The notes: generated by a model not told the origin, from the letters alone. Shown: positions 11,401 to 25,200, counted from the first letter of the stretch. The stretch: DNA of 64,000 bases from Oculina patagonica (GCF_052425735.1 NC_135758.1:24304001-24368000); one strand, 5' to 3'. A program made the numbers and translations.

Positions 11401-14400
11401 CGCCTGAAGAAAGTTGGACTATCGAGGACGTGGCAGTAGTCGATTCTGAGGAGGACCAACCGAAATCAGTCGATAATAATGAAACAAAGACGTCTAAACA
11501 AACGGAAGAGAAAAAGCTTTCCGTTACACAAAAAGAGACCTGTGATCATAGCATATTGATAGATCAATTTCTGGAGAGGATCAGCCGACTGGAGAAAGAG
11601 AAAGAGTACTTAGAAGGACGCTATGATGCGCTACGACTTGAAAAAGAAACAGTTGTAACTCCACGTGGAGATCAACTGACCATGTCCCAAGACCATCACC
11701 ACTGCTGCGATATCCTGAAAGATTACAGCAGCTTAATAGAGTACATCACAAGCTCACGCGATACTTCATTGGAAGAATACAGCGACATGCGTGGCTGCAG
11801 TTCACGGCCACGTTTGTGATATTCATGGCAGTGCAAGAGAAACCATTAGAAACTCATCTCAGATGTCAACTGACTATGAGTACTACAAGTCCAAATGTGA
11901 CCAAATAAAACGCGAGAAGGAACGCTTGGAAAGGGCATACGAAACAGAGAAGAGACAGAAGGAAGAGTTTGAAAGAGAATACCAAAATGAAAATGACGAA
12001 AAGGTTTATCTTGAAGAAAGATATCAAGGAATGTTGGACAGCATAAATCGATTTGACGAGACCATACGCTCTCTGAGACGGGACAATGAGCTGTTGCAGA
12101 GCAAGCTGAATGACTGGGCAAAGTCACGAGTCATGACCAACACATAGACACGAACAGCATGACCTTTGACCAAGGTGATGACGGAGTGGACGTTACACAA
12201 TACAGGAAAAACATCCGTGCATTAGAGAAGGAGAACAGAGAATTCAGGTCAATTCTCGACGTCTTGAGCAAGAAGAACGAGAGCCAGGAAAGTTTGAAGA
12301 ACATCGAGCTTGGTTTAGCGAGGGAAAATGAATTTATTGAGCTAAAGAGAGAAAGAGTTAGATTAGAGGGTAGCGTAAAAGAGATGAAAAGAACAAACAA
12401 GCATCAACAAGAGAGGATAGAGGAGATACGAAGGGAGTCGACGACAGAGATATCTCGCTTGAAAGAAAAAGTCCGGAAATTGGAGAGGTCTCTGAAAGAC
12501 AACGAAAGCATCCTTGAGGAAAAGGAAGACGAGATTGCCAACCTTAAGAAACGACATTCAGAAGAAATTCAAGGAATTGAGATGAGACTACAAACTCAGC
12601 TTTCAAACACACTGCTTGCAAAGAATCAACAAAAAGATTTACAATCCAAAATAGAACGACTGGAAGAAGAGAGGAGCAGATTAAGGGAAGAGTTGAGATC
12701 TTCATCAACCAGTGGCAGAGATAGATATGTTGGGATAGATGCGGAATACCAAGATATCGAAATGGTTCGTCAAAGGTACGAAGACGAGCGAAGGAGTAAG
12801 ATGAGACTCGCCAGTGATATGAAATACTTGCTAAGTGACATTATGGACCTTAAAGAAAGAAACCAAAGACTGCAAGAGGATTTCACTCGTGAAAGAGTAG
12901 AAATTAAAGCAATGATAGAAAAACAAGCTAACGAAATTACCCAGGAATATCTCACTCAAATAAGCAAATTGCAGAGGTCGCTAATAGAGGAAACTAAACG
13001 CAGACAAGAAGCAGAAGCTGCTAGAGGTGGGCTTTTTGTCAACCAGGAAAATAATTCTACCTTTACAAGCCGGCCAAAGAGAAGTAAATGCAGGACCTGG
13101 TTGGGGTAACAATGATTTTCAGCTGCAACTGAATGACGAGATTCGACGGCGAGAAACGCTTGAGATAGAAAATAAGAAACTTTTATACAAAATGAATGAA
13201 ATTCTTTCTGGTAACGGAAACAGTCGCAATGACGAGGTATTTGAAAATGTAAAGAACAATGGAACCTCTTTGAGCCGAAATGATACAAAAGTGTCTTCAC
13301 GAGATAACAAAGAAAAGCAAAAGGAATTACAAAGTGAAATAGAAGATCTTCAAGGGAAACTTGAAGATTTGAAAAAAGAAGCTAAACGAAACAAAGAGAC
13401 AAAGAGAAGAAACGAAGATCTCGAAGAAGAGGTCACTCATCTGACTCGAAAGCGAGACGAACTATTGGCTGCTCAAAGAAATCTTACTCGAGAGGTCGAT
13501 CACTTATCTCGTACCCTGGACGAGGTGGAGAGGCGTAACAGGAAGCTTGCAGACGAAACTGAACGCTTCACCAGGAAAATTCAAGACCTCGAAGATTCTT
13601 TCCGACAAGAAAAGATATCTTTGGCCAGAAATTACGAAAACGAAAAAGCAAGAGCTGTAGAAGAAGTAGTGAAAATAAAAGAGGCTAGTGAGAAAAGACT
13701 TAAGACAAACAGAGACAACTAGAAAACTTGAAGAGAAAATTCAGCTCCTAGAGAAACAAATGTTGGCAAACGTCGGGACGCAGAGTAGAGGCTTAAACGG
13801 GACACCCCCTTCGCGTGCTGGCCCATCATATGGCGTTTCAGGAGATCTTATAGGGCAAGCTGTTCATTCCCACGACGACAAATTGAAACAAGAAGTTGAA
13901 AATCTAGAGGCTATGCTACGAGATGTTAATAAGAAGCATACAGATGACCTCAGGAACCTTGAGGCACAAAAACAACGAATGTCGGAAGAATTTCAGAGAG
14001 AAAAGCAGTCGTTAGAGGAGTACTTTGAAAAGGAAAACAGCAGTCTTCAAAGGCGCCTTCGTGACGTGGAGTCTAGTGTCCGAGGTGAAGATGTAAGGTC
14101 AACGACCGCCGATGGCATAGTAAGTAATAAAGATACCTTTGACAACTCTGCTAGGCGTTTACCAGGAACAACTGGACTTAGGGATGGCGGAACAAGGGAT
14201 ACATTTGCTAGCGGATTTCGAATCCAGTAGGAAAGAAGATTATTACGTACAGGCCGGGAAAGGCGAGTCAGAGAAGAAAATTCAAGAGATGCAGAGAAGA
14301 TTCGATGAAGAAAAAAGAGAAATTTTAAATCGTGCGTCAAAGGAGAAGGCAAAATTAGAGGACGAAGTAAGAGAGGCCAAAGAGAAGCTAACAAGTTACC

Positions 14401-16833
14401 GCCGTTTACTCGAGGACGAAATAGACGACTTGAAAAGGAAACACAGAAAAGAGCAAGATTATCTGCATGAGAAGCTGTCGAAAGAAAGAGCCGAGTTTGA
14501 GGAAAGACTTCGCATCACGGAGCGGAATGGTCCAAAGGCCATGGATGACATGCCGTCTGCACAAAGGAACCGAAGTCATTTTGGCGAAGATAGCCAGATG
14601 CGAAGAGATGTGCAACATTTTGAAGGTGAACGGAGTAATCAAAATAGATCAAAAGTCATGTTTGAAATGCCTGCTACACAAAACAACCAATATGGTTTTA
14701 ACGAAGGTACCAGGATGCGCAGAGAAGGACAAAATTACTCAGGCGACCTGGGAAATCAAAGTGTTTCTAGCGCCACCCTGGTTGGGATGACAGCTTCACC
14801 ACTGAACCGGTATAATTTTGACGACGGTGGCAGAATGCAAAGTGGAGGGAAGAATTTTCCAGGCGAACTGGTAAATCAAAATTCGAAGCTTTGTGGAGCA
14901 AAAAGTAGAGTTTCAAGCTCAGATGCAAAACGAGAAGAGAAAGCTAATGGAAACAATACATTCGCTCACAAAGGAGATAAATGCTCTAAAATGCGAGAAA
15001 AGAGAGTGGAAGAATTGTTACAAAAAGAAGTTGAGAAGCTAACCAGAATTCATGAAGTCGAGAAGATGAGTATTCGGGAAAGAGCCACGAGAGATAAAGA
15101 GGATGAGCTATCTCGGATAAAAGAAGATCACGAAGGACGATTGGCCTCAGAACGGAAAAGATTACAAGGGATTATTGATGATTTTAGACGGAAGATGTCA
15201 TCGACAGAAAGAAAAGTCAAAGACATGGAGATGCAGCATAAGAACGAGAAGATGCGGTACCAAGAAGAAAAACTCGTTGCCGAAAAGAACCTTGTCCAAA
15301 GTCAAGAAGAGCTAAAGGTGACACTAGAGCGAGAGTACAGAAAAATGTTGAATGATGAAAAACAGAAGTTTGACCAAACGGTGAAGTCGTTAACTAAGCA
15401 GATCTCTTTCTTGCAAGATCAAAGAAAGGAAATTCAAGAGAAGTTGCTAAATAATGAGTTCGTCGGGAAATGCCAATCTGAGAACAGAGCAGCTGTCAAG
15501 AAATAGAGTTGTAATTCAAATGGAGCAGGAGTTCTTTGAGCGAGTGGATCGAGAGAAACGGCCAATGGAGGACAAGATTAAAGATCTTCAACAAGAAATC
15601 AAGAAACTAAAGAGAGAAAAATCTGAATTGAAAGGAACTCTTGAAACCGAGAAACAAGAGCTTGAAGACGAGTTGGAGAAAATGCAACAAGAGATGAAAC
15701 GAAAGCTTAGCAAAGCTAGAGAAGAAATGGAGAAAAGAACTGATGTTGTAGGGCAACATATGATGGCAAGCAGAATGAAAAATGTTTTGGTGAGTTCACT
15801 ATTTTCAATTATTACTCAAATTCGGTTGCTTAAAAGTGTTGGATGAGGCTGTTTTTGAATGTCTGCATCTATTGCTTAAAAGTGTTGGACGATCCAGTTT
15901 TTGAATGCCTGTATCATTTTCTTAACAGGTTAGTTCCGACCTATGTCAGCAGTCAACACAATCGGACGTGAGACAGTACAAGGACCAAATTAACTTAATG
16001 GAGCAAAGGAACATGACACTTCAAGCCAAAACAGAGAGGCTTGAGAGAGAACTTAGAGTTATGGGCGACAGACTAAGGACCTTGGAAACACGTAACAAGG
16101 ATTTGGAGGCTGTAAACAGGGAGGAGTGGGTAAGGCCACAGTCTGACTTGGTCAGATATGACACAGTATGTATAGCCATGTTTTCCGGCTCAAATAACTG
16201 GTATTTTTAACACTTAGTACATCAAGTAACTCATTGCAGTTGATATGCTTATATTGGTTTAAGACTGCAGTGCATGTTTAATGTGTCTTATAAAACGTTC
16301 GTTTACAGATTAACAGAAACGACATGTCGCGATCAAATCTGGGATACTATGGAGATTCAGAAATGAGAGGAGCTAGCGATCTGTCACTTGGTCTAAACGT
16401 TGGTGGCGTGAGATCTGAGACCAGAGTGTTCCAACCAAACCTTTCTCCTAGACTCAGTGCAACAAATGGCCAGTATTTAGTAGGCTCAGGGCAATCCTAC
16501 GGTGACATCTTTGACAGGGTTCGATATACTATGCACACTACAGGAACCATTTCAGATGCTCTCGGGGTACCACTGACAGGCTCCGGCGGATTTAACAGCG
16601 GAGGATTTATTGGCAGCACAAGTGTTGGGCGGAGGCAAAGTGAGCCATTAATAACTGGCTCATTCAACCAGGCGACGGCGACTTCTCTTGGAAGCAGGAA
16701 TGTTGTGGGCAGTAGCTATCTTGGTAATACGCGATTTGTAATGGGTACTGCAGGAGGAAATTCCACAACAGAAGGGATCAGAAGTACCTCTATTACTGGG
16801 GAAGAAAATCAGCAGCAGGCTTCCCAAACATAA
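8434..16833 (+). CDS. Giant protein (~2700 aa reconstructed), paralog 2: Met/Glu/Gln/Gly repeat head, coiled-coil body, Gly/Ser/Thr-rich tail. Exons 8434-15789 (8 single-base frameshifts in this assembly), 15929-16129, 16309-16833
   Basis: Nine consecutive overlapping or abutting ORFs (8335..15846) join by 1-nt corrections. AAAATGG start at 8434; TTG|GTGAGT at 15790; aacag|GTT at 15929; TGG|GTAAGG at 16130 (alternative donor at 16166); tttacag|ATT at 16309; TAA at 16831-16833. Confidence 0.75.
9160..10810 (+). repeat. Coding tandem repeat: 15-nt unit (ATGTCTATGCAAGAA / ATGTCTATGGAAGGA), then 150-nt and 60-nt higher-order units
   Basis: Encodes MSMQE/MSMGG/MSMEG pentapeptides, then a 50-aa unit (about 10096, 10246, 10396) and a 20-aa unit (QEMTMQEMPLEMTGEEIQT-like). 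Confidence 0.95.
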
Positions 16834-19010
16834 TTATCAACAGTGTAAACTCTTTGATACAAAGGAAAATGATGATGATGATGATTATGATAATGACTAC
16901 GACGACGATAAAAACAGTTTTTATCTTAAAGGTACTTTTCTTGAGTAAAAATAAAGTTGACACTAATTTACTAGCTACTAATGCCACCTGAAAAACCTCA
17001 GTTACGATAGATTCGTACAAAAGCGCAAGTGCTAACGTCTCAAATTCATTAAAGGGACAGTTTTAACGTAGCCATGAAGGGCAATACTGTACTTAATAAA
17101 TGACAAGTGACAATACAAAGAAAAAAGTTAAATTTATCACCATAATATTTACCTTTTGGTAGTACAATCGAAACTCTATATTTGGTTTAGCAGTAAGGGG
17201 ACAACGAGAACGTTAGATATTTTTCCACCTCTAGTAGGGAGATCTACGCACTCCGCAAAGGTCTTCTTCCAATGGGAGTTTCGATTGCATAATTAACGTA
17301 AATATATATTATTAAAAATCTCTTTTCTTTGGGAAATTGTAAGGTAGCTTTTGCAGTTTTAAGGCTTTTGCTACTTAATTGAATCACTTTTCTGCCTTTT
17401 TTTTTCAAAAAAAAGGTGCGACTGTAAAACGTTTCAGTTTGTTATTCTGAGATTTCATTTGGATAGTTGCACTAATACGAAAAAAGTCTTATAGACAAGG
17501 CATTTACGTCAACCTGTATTTCATGATGGAAGAAAATATAATTATAAAATGAAAAACTTATCTTAGAGATGGTAAGAGAAAGGAGAAGTAGAAGATGTCA
17601 CGACAATAATGAGTAGGTTACACTAGATAGAGTGTAACGTGTTCTTAGACTGTGCGATTGAGGATACGATACATTTGTTTGCTTTATTTGTTTACCACAG
17701 ATGTCTGAATAGTCTTGCAAAGGATTGGCAATGCTATTGACGCCATTTTTCATGAAAGATTTTTATCTCTTGTACTAATAGTTTGCTAGTAAACATATTC
17801 AGGCGCTATTGGGTAGATTAACGACCTAAATAGCGCCAGATAAATCAGTGGTATTTGTAGATTGTGTACTGGCGATGAAAAAGGAACTACTTTATGTCTG
17901 GTGAAAAGTAAACTCCCCCGATGATACGAATTACCTTGGGGTACGATTTTCGGCGGGAGCTGCTGCTATAGCAACGAACTGAAATGACAACTAAGGCAGA
18001 GTTCGCTATATTTTTGATTGGACAATTGCAATCCGAATTTTTTTGGCTATTTCTGTTTCAGAGTTTGCTAAGAACGATAACTATTTTCCCGTATAATTAA
18101 TTTATCTTATTTAGTTTATTTCAAGATAAAACTGATATTACTTACTTGCAATTAAAGTATGTAACAAAGTAAACCTTAGCAATGAGTATCTTGACTTCGC
18201 ATTTAGCACTGACGTAGCAAGAAATGTATTGAAATTGAGGCAAAGTTAATTTTTTTAAAAATTGTTTTCAATTGTATTTATATTGATCCAATCTATATAT
18301 AGATTCTTTCCTTCCGAGTATGTGTATTTTAGCGCTGCTAAATTAATAGATCGAGCTACATATTAACCCAACAGTTTGACTAAGTTTACTAAAACTAGTT
18401 GTAGTCCTTTGCTATGCAAGTTAGACATGTTGTTAAATTTCCGACTTTCTCTTATTGATTCCTTTGTTCAGTTAGGACGCTTTACAATTTAAATTGTTTG
18501 TCTAAGAAACGCCTTGCAACAAGCATACTAGTGCAGTTTCATATATTTTAAGTCTTTTTCAGGTAATATTTGTTTCAAATGATTTATTTAGGACTCAAGT
18601 TCTGGTAAACAGTGATGTAAGTCTCCAAAATAATGTAATGGGTACAAAGTTAATAAAGGGTTGTCAGAGTAGTTACAGCCTTGTTTCTGTGTTCTTCAGA
18701 GTAATTTAAAGGGCCCAAGGGTTTTGGATATCACGGATTTTAACAGATTTTCAAACAGCCAAAAGCTACATTTTTGTCGTAGGAAACCTAAAAATAATGG
18801 TCAATTTTTATTAACAATTACTACATTGGAGCACTGAAACTGTTAACAAGCGTCTTTGGCTGCGGATGGCATGGATGGAAATGGATTGCAATTTAAACAA
18901 TTGAGGTTAAACTTTTCAAGTTGTTTCCGTGCGTCTCTTTAAAAAATCAGTATCTATAGCCGTTGGTATGATTTATATCCTCAAATTAAGGTGATATCTT
19001 CCTTTAGATA

Positions 19011-19466
19011 CAGTAAACACCCGCGTGTAAGAACCTACAATTTTCTAAGTTTGGCAAAATAGGTTCTTGTATTTGGGGGTAGTTATTGGTAATTTAGGCT
19101 AAGTAGGTTCTTAATAAGGTTCTTAATTTCTAAGGAGGAGCCATAGTTTTTGATTGTACGAGAAGAAAAGAAAAATGGGTTTGGTCCTTCATTATGCAGC
19201 ATTTATTCATAACTGTATTGCTTCAAGCCTCATGCAAGGTCCAAAGAAGACAATAACAGTCTATGTGAATCTGTCTTTTCTTTATTTGTTAATGCAGTTT
19301 GGGATGCTCTGTTAAAAATGTTCATAAAAATTTTCTATAACCCACATATAAGAACCTGCTGAAATTTGCTAGGCTAAACAGGTTCTTATATTTTGGGGTA
19401 TTAAAATGGCAAATTTCTGCCAGCAGGTTCTTAAACCACTAGGTTCTTACACGCGGGTGTTTACTG
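19011..19466. mobile_element. Tc1/mariner-superfamily MITE
   Basis: Perfect 27-bp TIR CAGTAAACACCCGCGTGTAAGAACCTA, flanked by a TA target-site duplication (19009-10 and 19467-68), with internal AGGTTCTTA subrepeats. Confidence 0.9.
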
Positions 19467-20836
19467 TATTCAAAAAGAATGTTTTTCATGGATTAAGTTG
19501 CCTACCACTAATGCTAGAACCAAAAACCTGTGAAATCCCCGTGACATAGCTCCTTTTACTTCAGTAAAAATTTGAGAAGGAAAGTACTGACACAAGGGCA
19601 TTTGTTCTTGTCAGGTGTTATTAGATAAAAACCACCATCATAAAATGCAGTAACATTGACGCTGGAAGAAAACGCCTTTGTATCAGTACTTTCCTTCTCC
19701 AATTTCTGGTTAAACTGATTTTCAAGCTCTCTTTTCTGGCCATGGTACGTTAAAATTCTCCAACCAGAACCACTGACTCAATCTGAATCTGTAAGAACGG
19801 GAACCACAGAAGGGTCTGGAACGAGCTTTATTTACCAGTCCCTCTCGTTTCATTATTTCAGTGATAAGTAAGCAAAAAAACTTATCATTCAAGCAATGGA
19901 TAGCAAACTGTAGTTGGCTGGGATTGGTAGTAATACCAATAAAATGTTTCCGTAATTTTATTTAGCAGTCCTCCAGTCGAAAAAAAGCTAAAACGTTCCA
20001 CATTCTTTATCTACTCGCTCTAAACGTAACTTATCCGGCTTCACTTTGATTAGTTCATTATCGACACTAATTAATCTATATCAACACATAAACTCTTAAG
20101 ATTTCCAGTTATTAGATAGAAATAGACATATCAGGCAGCGTGCACTCGTCGGAAACGAGTTAGGTTGGTAATTGTACCGCAGAATGATTTTACCTTAAAT
20201 TCATCTCTCGCATCAAATGGAAATAAACCGCTACATGGTTTAGATTTGGCTTGCTTTCAATTAAAATTAACCGAACCACCTGTATTCTAAATCCAGAAAC
20301 CAGTACCGCCCATTAAGATAACAATTACTGCCCTTTAATATAACAGCTATGGCTAAGTTTACAAAACAAATTACATGTCAAAAACCTGCAATGGTAATAG
20401 GGCAATGATATATATGTAGCTTCTTATCAACGAAACGGAGTATCCTCTGTATAGAGAATGAAGAACAGCAAAACTGGCAATTGGCTTTCTTTTACTCTTT
20501 CCAAAATCCCTGGAGCTTTGTGGTTTCACGCGTTTTTAACATCCTACGGCTTTAAAATAGTTTGAGTGAAAATTAAAAGGAGAGCAATGTCTTTTCTGTT
20601 GTACAGTTTTAATGGTTGTGAAGAATGACACTTGCTTTATGAGCCGATGAACAATTAAAAATCGTCATCTAGCGATTTTCTCCACTTTTAATGTCCAGCC
20701 TTTATTTTAGGTTCGTGCAATCTTTGTGCAGTTATTTAATAAATTATCATAATTATTCGTACAGACAAGACAAGCTCCGCGTGACCTGTTGCAAGAGATA
20801 AGCAAATTAATTAAAGGTGTCAAAAACACCTATTCT

Positions 20837-21131
20837 GATTGGACAATGCCTTGAACTAATTTGGCACAGCTATAAATAATAACATTATTTTAAACCGAAC
20901 TGTTTACATCCTGGAACAAACTTATCCAACTCGACAAGGGCAGAGTGGACCTTTTCGTCCGCTGTTTATTGTGAGCTCCAAACAATCTAAGTAATTGCCG
21001 TTCTTAACACGGTTAATCCCAAACGCTAATATAAGAGAGGGTTTTTGTTAAGATGTAGCTATAGAGCGAAATAAGAGTGTAAAGGAATCAAAATTTAAAT
21101 CAAAGAGGGAAACATTGGTACTGTAATTCAG
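20837..21131 (+). promoter_or_regulatory. Putative promoter and non-coding first exon of paralog 3
   Basis: Reverse CCAAT box (GATTGG) near 20837, TATAAATA near 20871, and a splice donor CAG|GTAGGT at 21132. The next acceptor (~22234-22239) lies just upstream of ATG 22251. Confidence 0.4.
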
Positions 21132-22250
21132 GTAGGTTTGCTGTATAAGGAAAAAAGCGGTTTGCTTTACATCTATACAATTTTGTAACGCAGTCCTTTT
21201 GCAACTTAAAGATATAACGTTTCTGTAAAAGTAAAAAGGTTCGAATTTGACGTTAAATGTCTTATTGAAATGCCCATTTAAAAAAAATTTCTGTGCCGAA
21301 GATTGAGGCTATGGTTTACAGTGTTATCTGCAAATGTTAAAAAAATCTTGTTTCATAACCAAATGTTTATTAACGGTTAATGCTATATTTGGCTGAAATA
21401 TTATTTTTTGACCAACGTTAAGAATTTCATTCTATCGTTTTTTCTTTACAAATTTAAAACATTTCTTTACCATTAAATATTAAGCTTAAATCAGAAAAAA
21501 TCTCAACATAGAACTTAAAAAGTAAGCGCTCGATTTGAAAAGTATATGTAATTTGTCAACTTTTTGGAGTATTTATTGAAACAACTGTTGGCGGAAAATG
21601 GACTGTAACTGATTTTATCATGATATATAAAGTTACGAATTTGGTTGTATTCAGTTTTGAATTTTGATAATAAATTACATTTTTTGTAGCTTTTGCATCC
21701 CCGGATGCTACACAAAATGTGCAACCACATGATGTGGTCAAATTATATGTCACTTGTGGCTATGTAAATTAACCTGGTAAATTGCAGGGGTGATTATTAC
21801 CATATTTCTCCTTACAATATGAATCCATGTCAAGTAGGCATTTTATAGGATTAAAATGAACATTAACTTGGAACATTAGAAAAGGAGAAGTTTGGCTATC
21901 AGTAAGAAAAAACATTTTTTTTTCAAGTATAGGCTTGAATAAACGTATCTTAAAGCAATACAAATTCTTACTGCTGTACGTTAACAAGCCTGTACAATGA
22001 GCAATGAAAAGGAACTGAAGGTTTCTTATTTTATGCGCAAATATTTTATGTTATGTAGGCTACTTAATTGATGGACTTTTTAAAGATTAAGCGAAAATAA
22101 AACGACCGAACTGACAAAACATTCCTGAAAATAGAAATGAAGAGAATAAAAGCTAAAGAAATAAATAGCTACTTCCAAAAGTCGTTACTACTGAATCCAT
22201 GTGTAATTTTGTTGAATTATATGTATTTACTTAGCACAGAAACAAACGAG

Positions 22251-25200
22251 ATGTCTGCTGCCGAAATAACCGAATCCCAACCAATGGATGGATGGGGTGG
22301 TTACTACGTGGAACCTACCAACTACTCTGTGGTCACCAGTGAAATGCCAATGGAGGACCAAGGCGGAACTTGGGAAATGGAGGTCGTGGGGACAATTCCC
22401 ATGGATAACAGCGCAGAAATTGAAAAACTCAAGCAAAGGATACAAATACTGGAAGAAGAGAAGAAAGGCCTAAATGATATGTACCGAAACTCCGTCACCG
22501 AATATGAGCTTTCTAAGACAAAGATCATCCAGGAATACGAAATCAAGATCGGACAACTCAAAATCGACCGAGACAATTGGCAGAAAAAGTACAACGAGTC
22601 CCAAAGAGAAGTTCAACGACTCAAACAGAAAATTTCCACCATGGAGATAGAGAATCTTCGAATGATTGAAGATTTGAAAAGGGAGCTCGCGAACAAGTGC
22701 AAGATGGAGAAGGCAGAGATGGAAACGCGGTTTTCAACCGAAAAAGATGAAATGCAGGATAGCTATGAGGAGCAAATACAGATGCTTCGAGCGGAAAACG
22801 AGGGGCTCTTACAGACGTATCAGAAGAGCACAAAGGAATATGAGATCAAGATAGTGCAGATTCAGCAAGATTACGAAGTCAAGCTGGGACAACTAAAAAT
22901 CGACAAAGAAAAATTGGAAAAGAAAAATGCCACCCTCACTACACAAATAACAACGTGGCGCGAAAAATGCTCGGCGCTTGAAAAGCAATATGAAGAAATG
23001 CTGGCCAACTTGAGGATTGAGCTAACAGAAAAATTCCAATTAGAAAAAGGTGAGATGGAAGCCTGCTTTCACGAAAGAGAAAGAATCGATGATAACAACA
23101 CACCAAAAGGCCCTAGAAGAATACGAGGTGAAGATAACTTCGATTACTCAGCAGTACGAGGAACAGCTAGAACAGCTCAAAGCACAGAAGGATAAATTGG
23201 AGACAAGTTATAATAGTTCTTTGGAGGAAATAGCGGAGTTGAAGAGGAGATGCAAAGAGCTCGACGAAAGCCACAAATCATTGATGAAGGAGCTTCAGGA
23301 TAAGTTAAAGATGGAGTACCTTCAAAAGGAGAACGACATGGAAAGTGAGTTTGATACAGAAAAGCAAGACCTGATCACCAAATATAAGAAGATTATCCAA
23401 CAAAATGAAGTACGAATCCAGGAGATTCGGAAGGAAAACAAATTGGTTATAATGAAATTGGAGGCAGAGAAAAGAGAGTTAATAGAAAAGCACGCCGTCG
23501 AAATTGGGTCGTGGCAGGAGAAACTTACGTCCCTTGAACACAAGTACAAAGAGGATATGAAGACTTTGGAGCAAGAACTGCTGGAAAAATATGAAAAAGA
23601 GAAAGAGGAGTTTGAAGCAAACTTCACGAAAGAGCGAGACCAACTGATTGAAGGTCATAAGACTGAGATTCAAGGTTATGAAACTAAACTTACCAGCATG
23701 CAGCAAGAATACGAAGTTAAAATAGCTCAGATGGAGAAAGAAATGGAACGGTTGGAAGAAACCAACAAAACCAACATCGAAAAATTGGAACAAGAAATTC
23801 TGGTATTGAAACAGGGTCACGAGAAACAACTGAAGGAAGTCAAAGAGGAGATGACAGAAAAATGCAACAAGGAAAAGAGTGAAATGGAAGAAAATTTCGC
23901 CAAAGAGAAAACCACCTTGATTGAATCACAAAGGACTGTGGTAAATGAGTACGAAGAAAAGATAACCAGCCTCCAAGAAGAAATGGATGCCAAAGCCGAA
24001 GAGATGGAAAATGAGCTCAAGAGCTTAAAGGAGGCACACCAGAAAGCTATGGAGGCGCTGAGGCAAGAAATGGCGGAGTTAGAGAAACAGAATAAATTAA
24101 AAACAAAGGAGCTAAAAGAAGAGATGACTGAAAAATGCAACAAAGAAAAGACAGAACTGGAGTCAAGCTTTTCGAAGCAGATAGAAGAACTAAAGGCGTC
24201 CAATGCAAGCACAATAAAAACCTACGAAGAACAAATAGCGGGAATCAAAGAGAGGTACGAGAAGAAACTGGTAGATTTAGAAGCCGCTATGGAAAGTCAA
24301 GAAGAGAAGTACAAAGAGAAAATTCAAGGTTTGAGAGAGGAGTTCTCGAGCAGCGTTGACAAGTATGAACAGCTCATGAAGGACCTAAAGAAAGAACTTC
24401 GGCAGAAATATGAAAAGGAAAAGGAAGAGATGGAAAAGGAATTTGCCGATGAAAGAAGTCAGTTAACTGAGACTCACGAGCAAACTGTAGCTGATTATGA
24501 AAAGAAAATCGCCGATATGCAAGACGAGCTGAAGTCAAAACTAGAGAAATTGAAAGAAGAGAAAGAAACCTTGAAAGAGTCGCATTCCAAGAAAGAAGAA
24601 GAATTGATTAAAAAATGCACAACAATTGAGGAAAACTATAAGGTAAAAATTACCGAAATTAAAACCACCTTAAAGGAGAAATGCGACAAGGAAAAGAGCG
24701 AGCTTGAGGAAAATTTTGATCAAGATAAACAACAGCTGATCGAGAGACAAAGCGAAATTGTAAAGAAGTACGAAATGAAGATTACAGATTTGCTACAAGA
24801 TTTTGAGAAGAGAACTTCCCACTTTACAGCAGAAAAAGAGAAACTCGAGACGCAGAAGAAGAAGCTACAAGCACAACTTGATAAACTCCGCAAAGAAACT
24901 TTTAAAATAAGAGAGCAGTATGAAGCAACGATAAAAAATACGAAAGAAGAGATGACTGAAAGGTTCAAAAAAGAGAAGGCTGAGATGGAAAAACAATTTA
25001 AAATGGAAATGGAGAACTTGAAGGCACAACATAACAAGAAGTTACAACAATTTAAAAGCGAAAAGGAGGCTGCCATCTCCAAATTAGAACAAACGATAAG
25101 AGATCTCGAGACCAAGATCAAGGAGCTACAAAACCAAAATGATTTGAAGATAACAGAGCTAACAAAAGAGAACGAGAAACTAGCGGAGAGATGCCAAAAT

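Noticed and set aside
11020-15510. Operon-like chain of separate genes, or Euplotes-type programmed +1 frameshifting
   Set aside because: No shared slippery-site-plus-stop motif; every junction is fixable by a 1-nt homopolymer change. Kept only as a probable assembly error.
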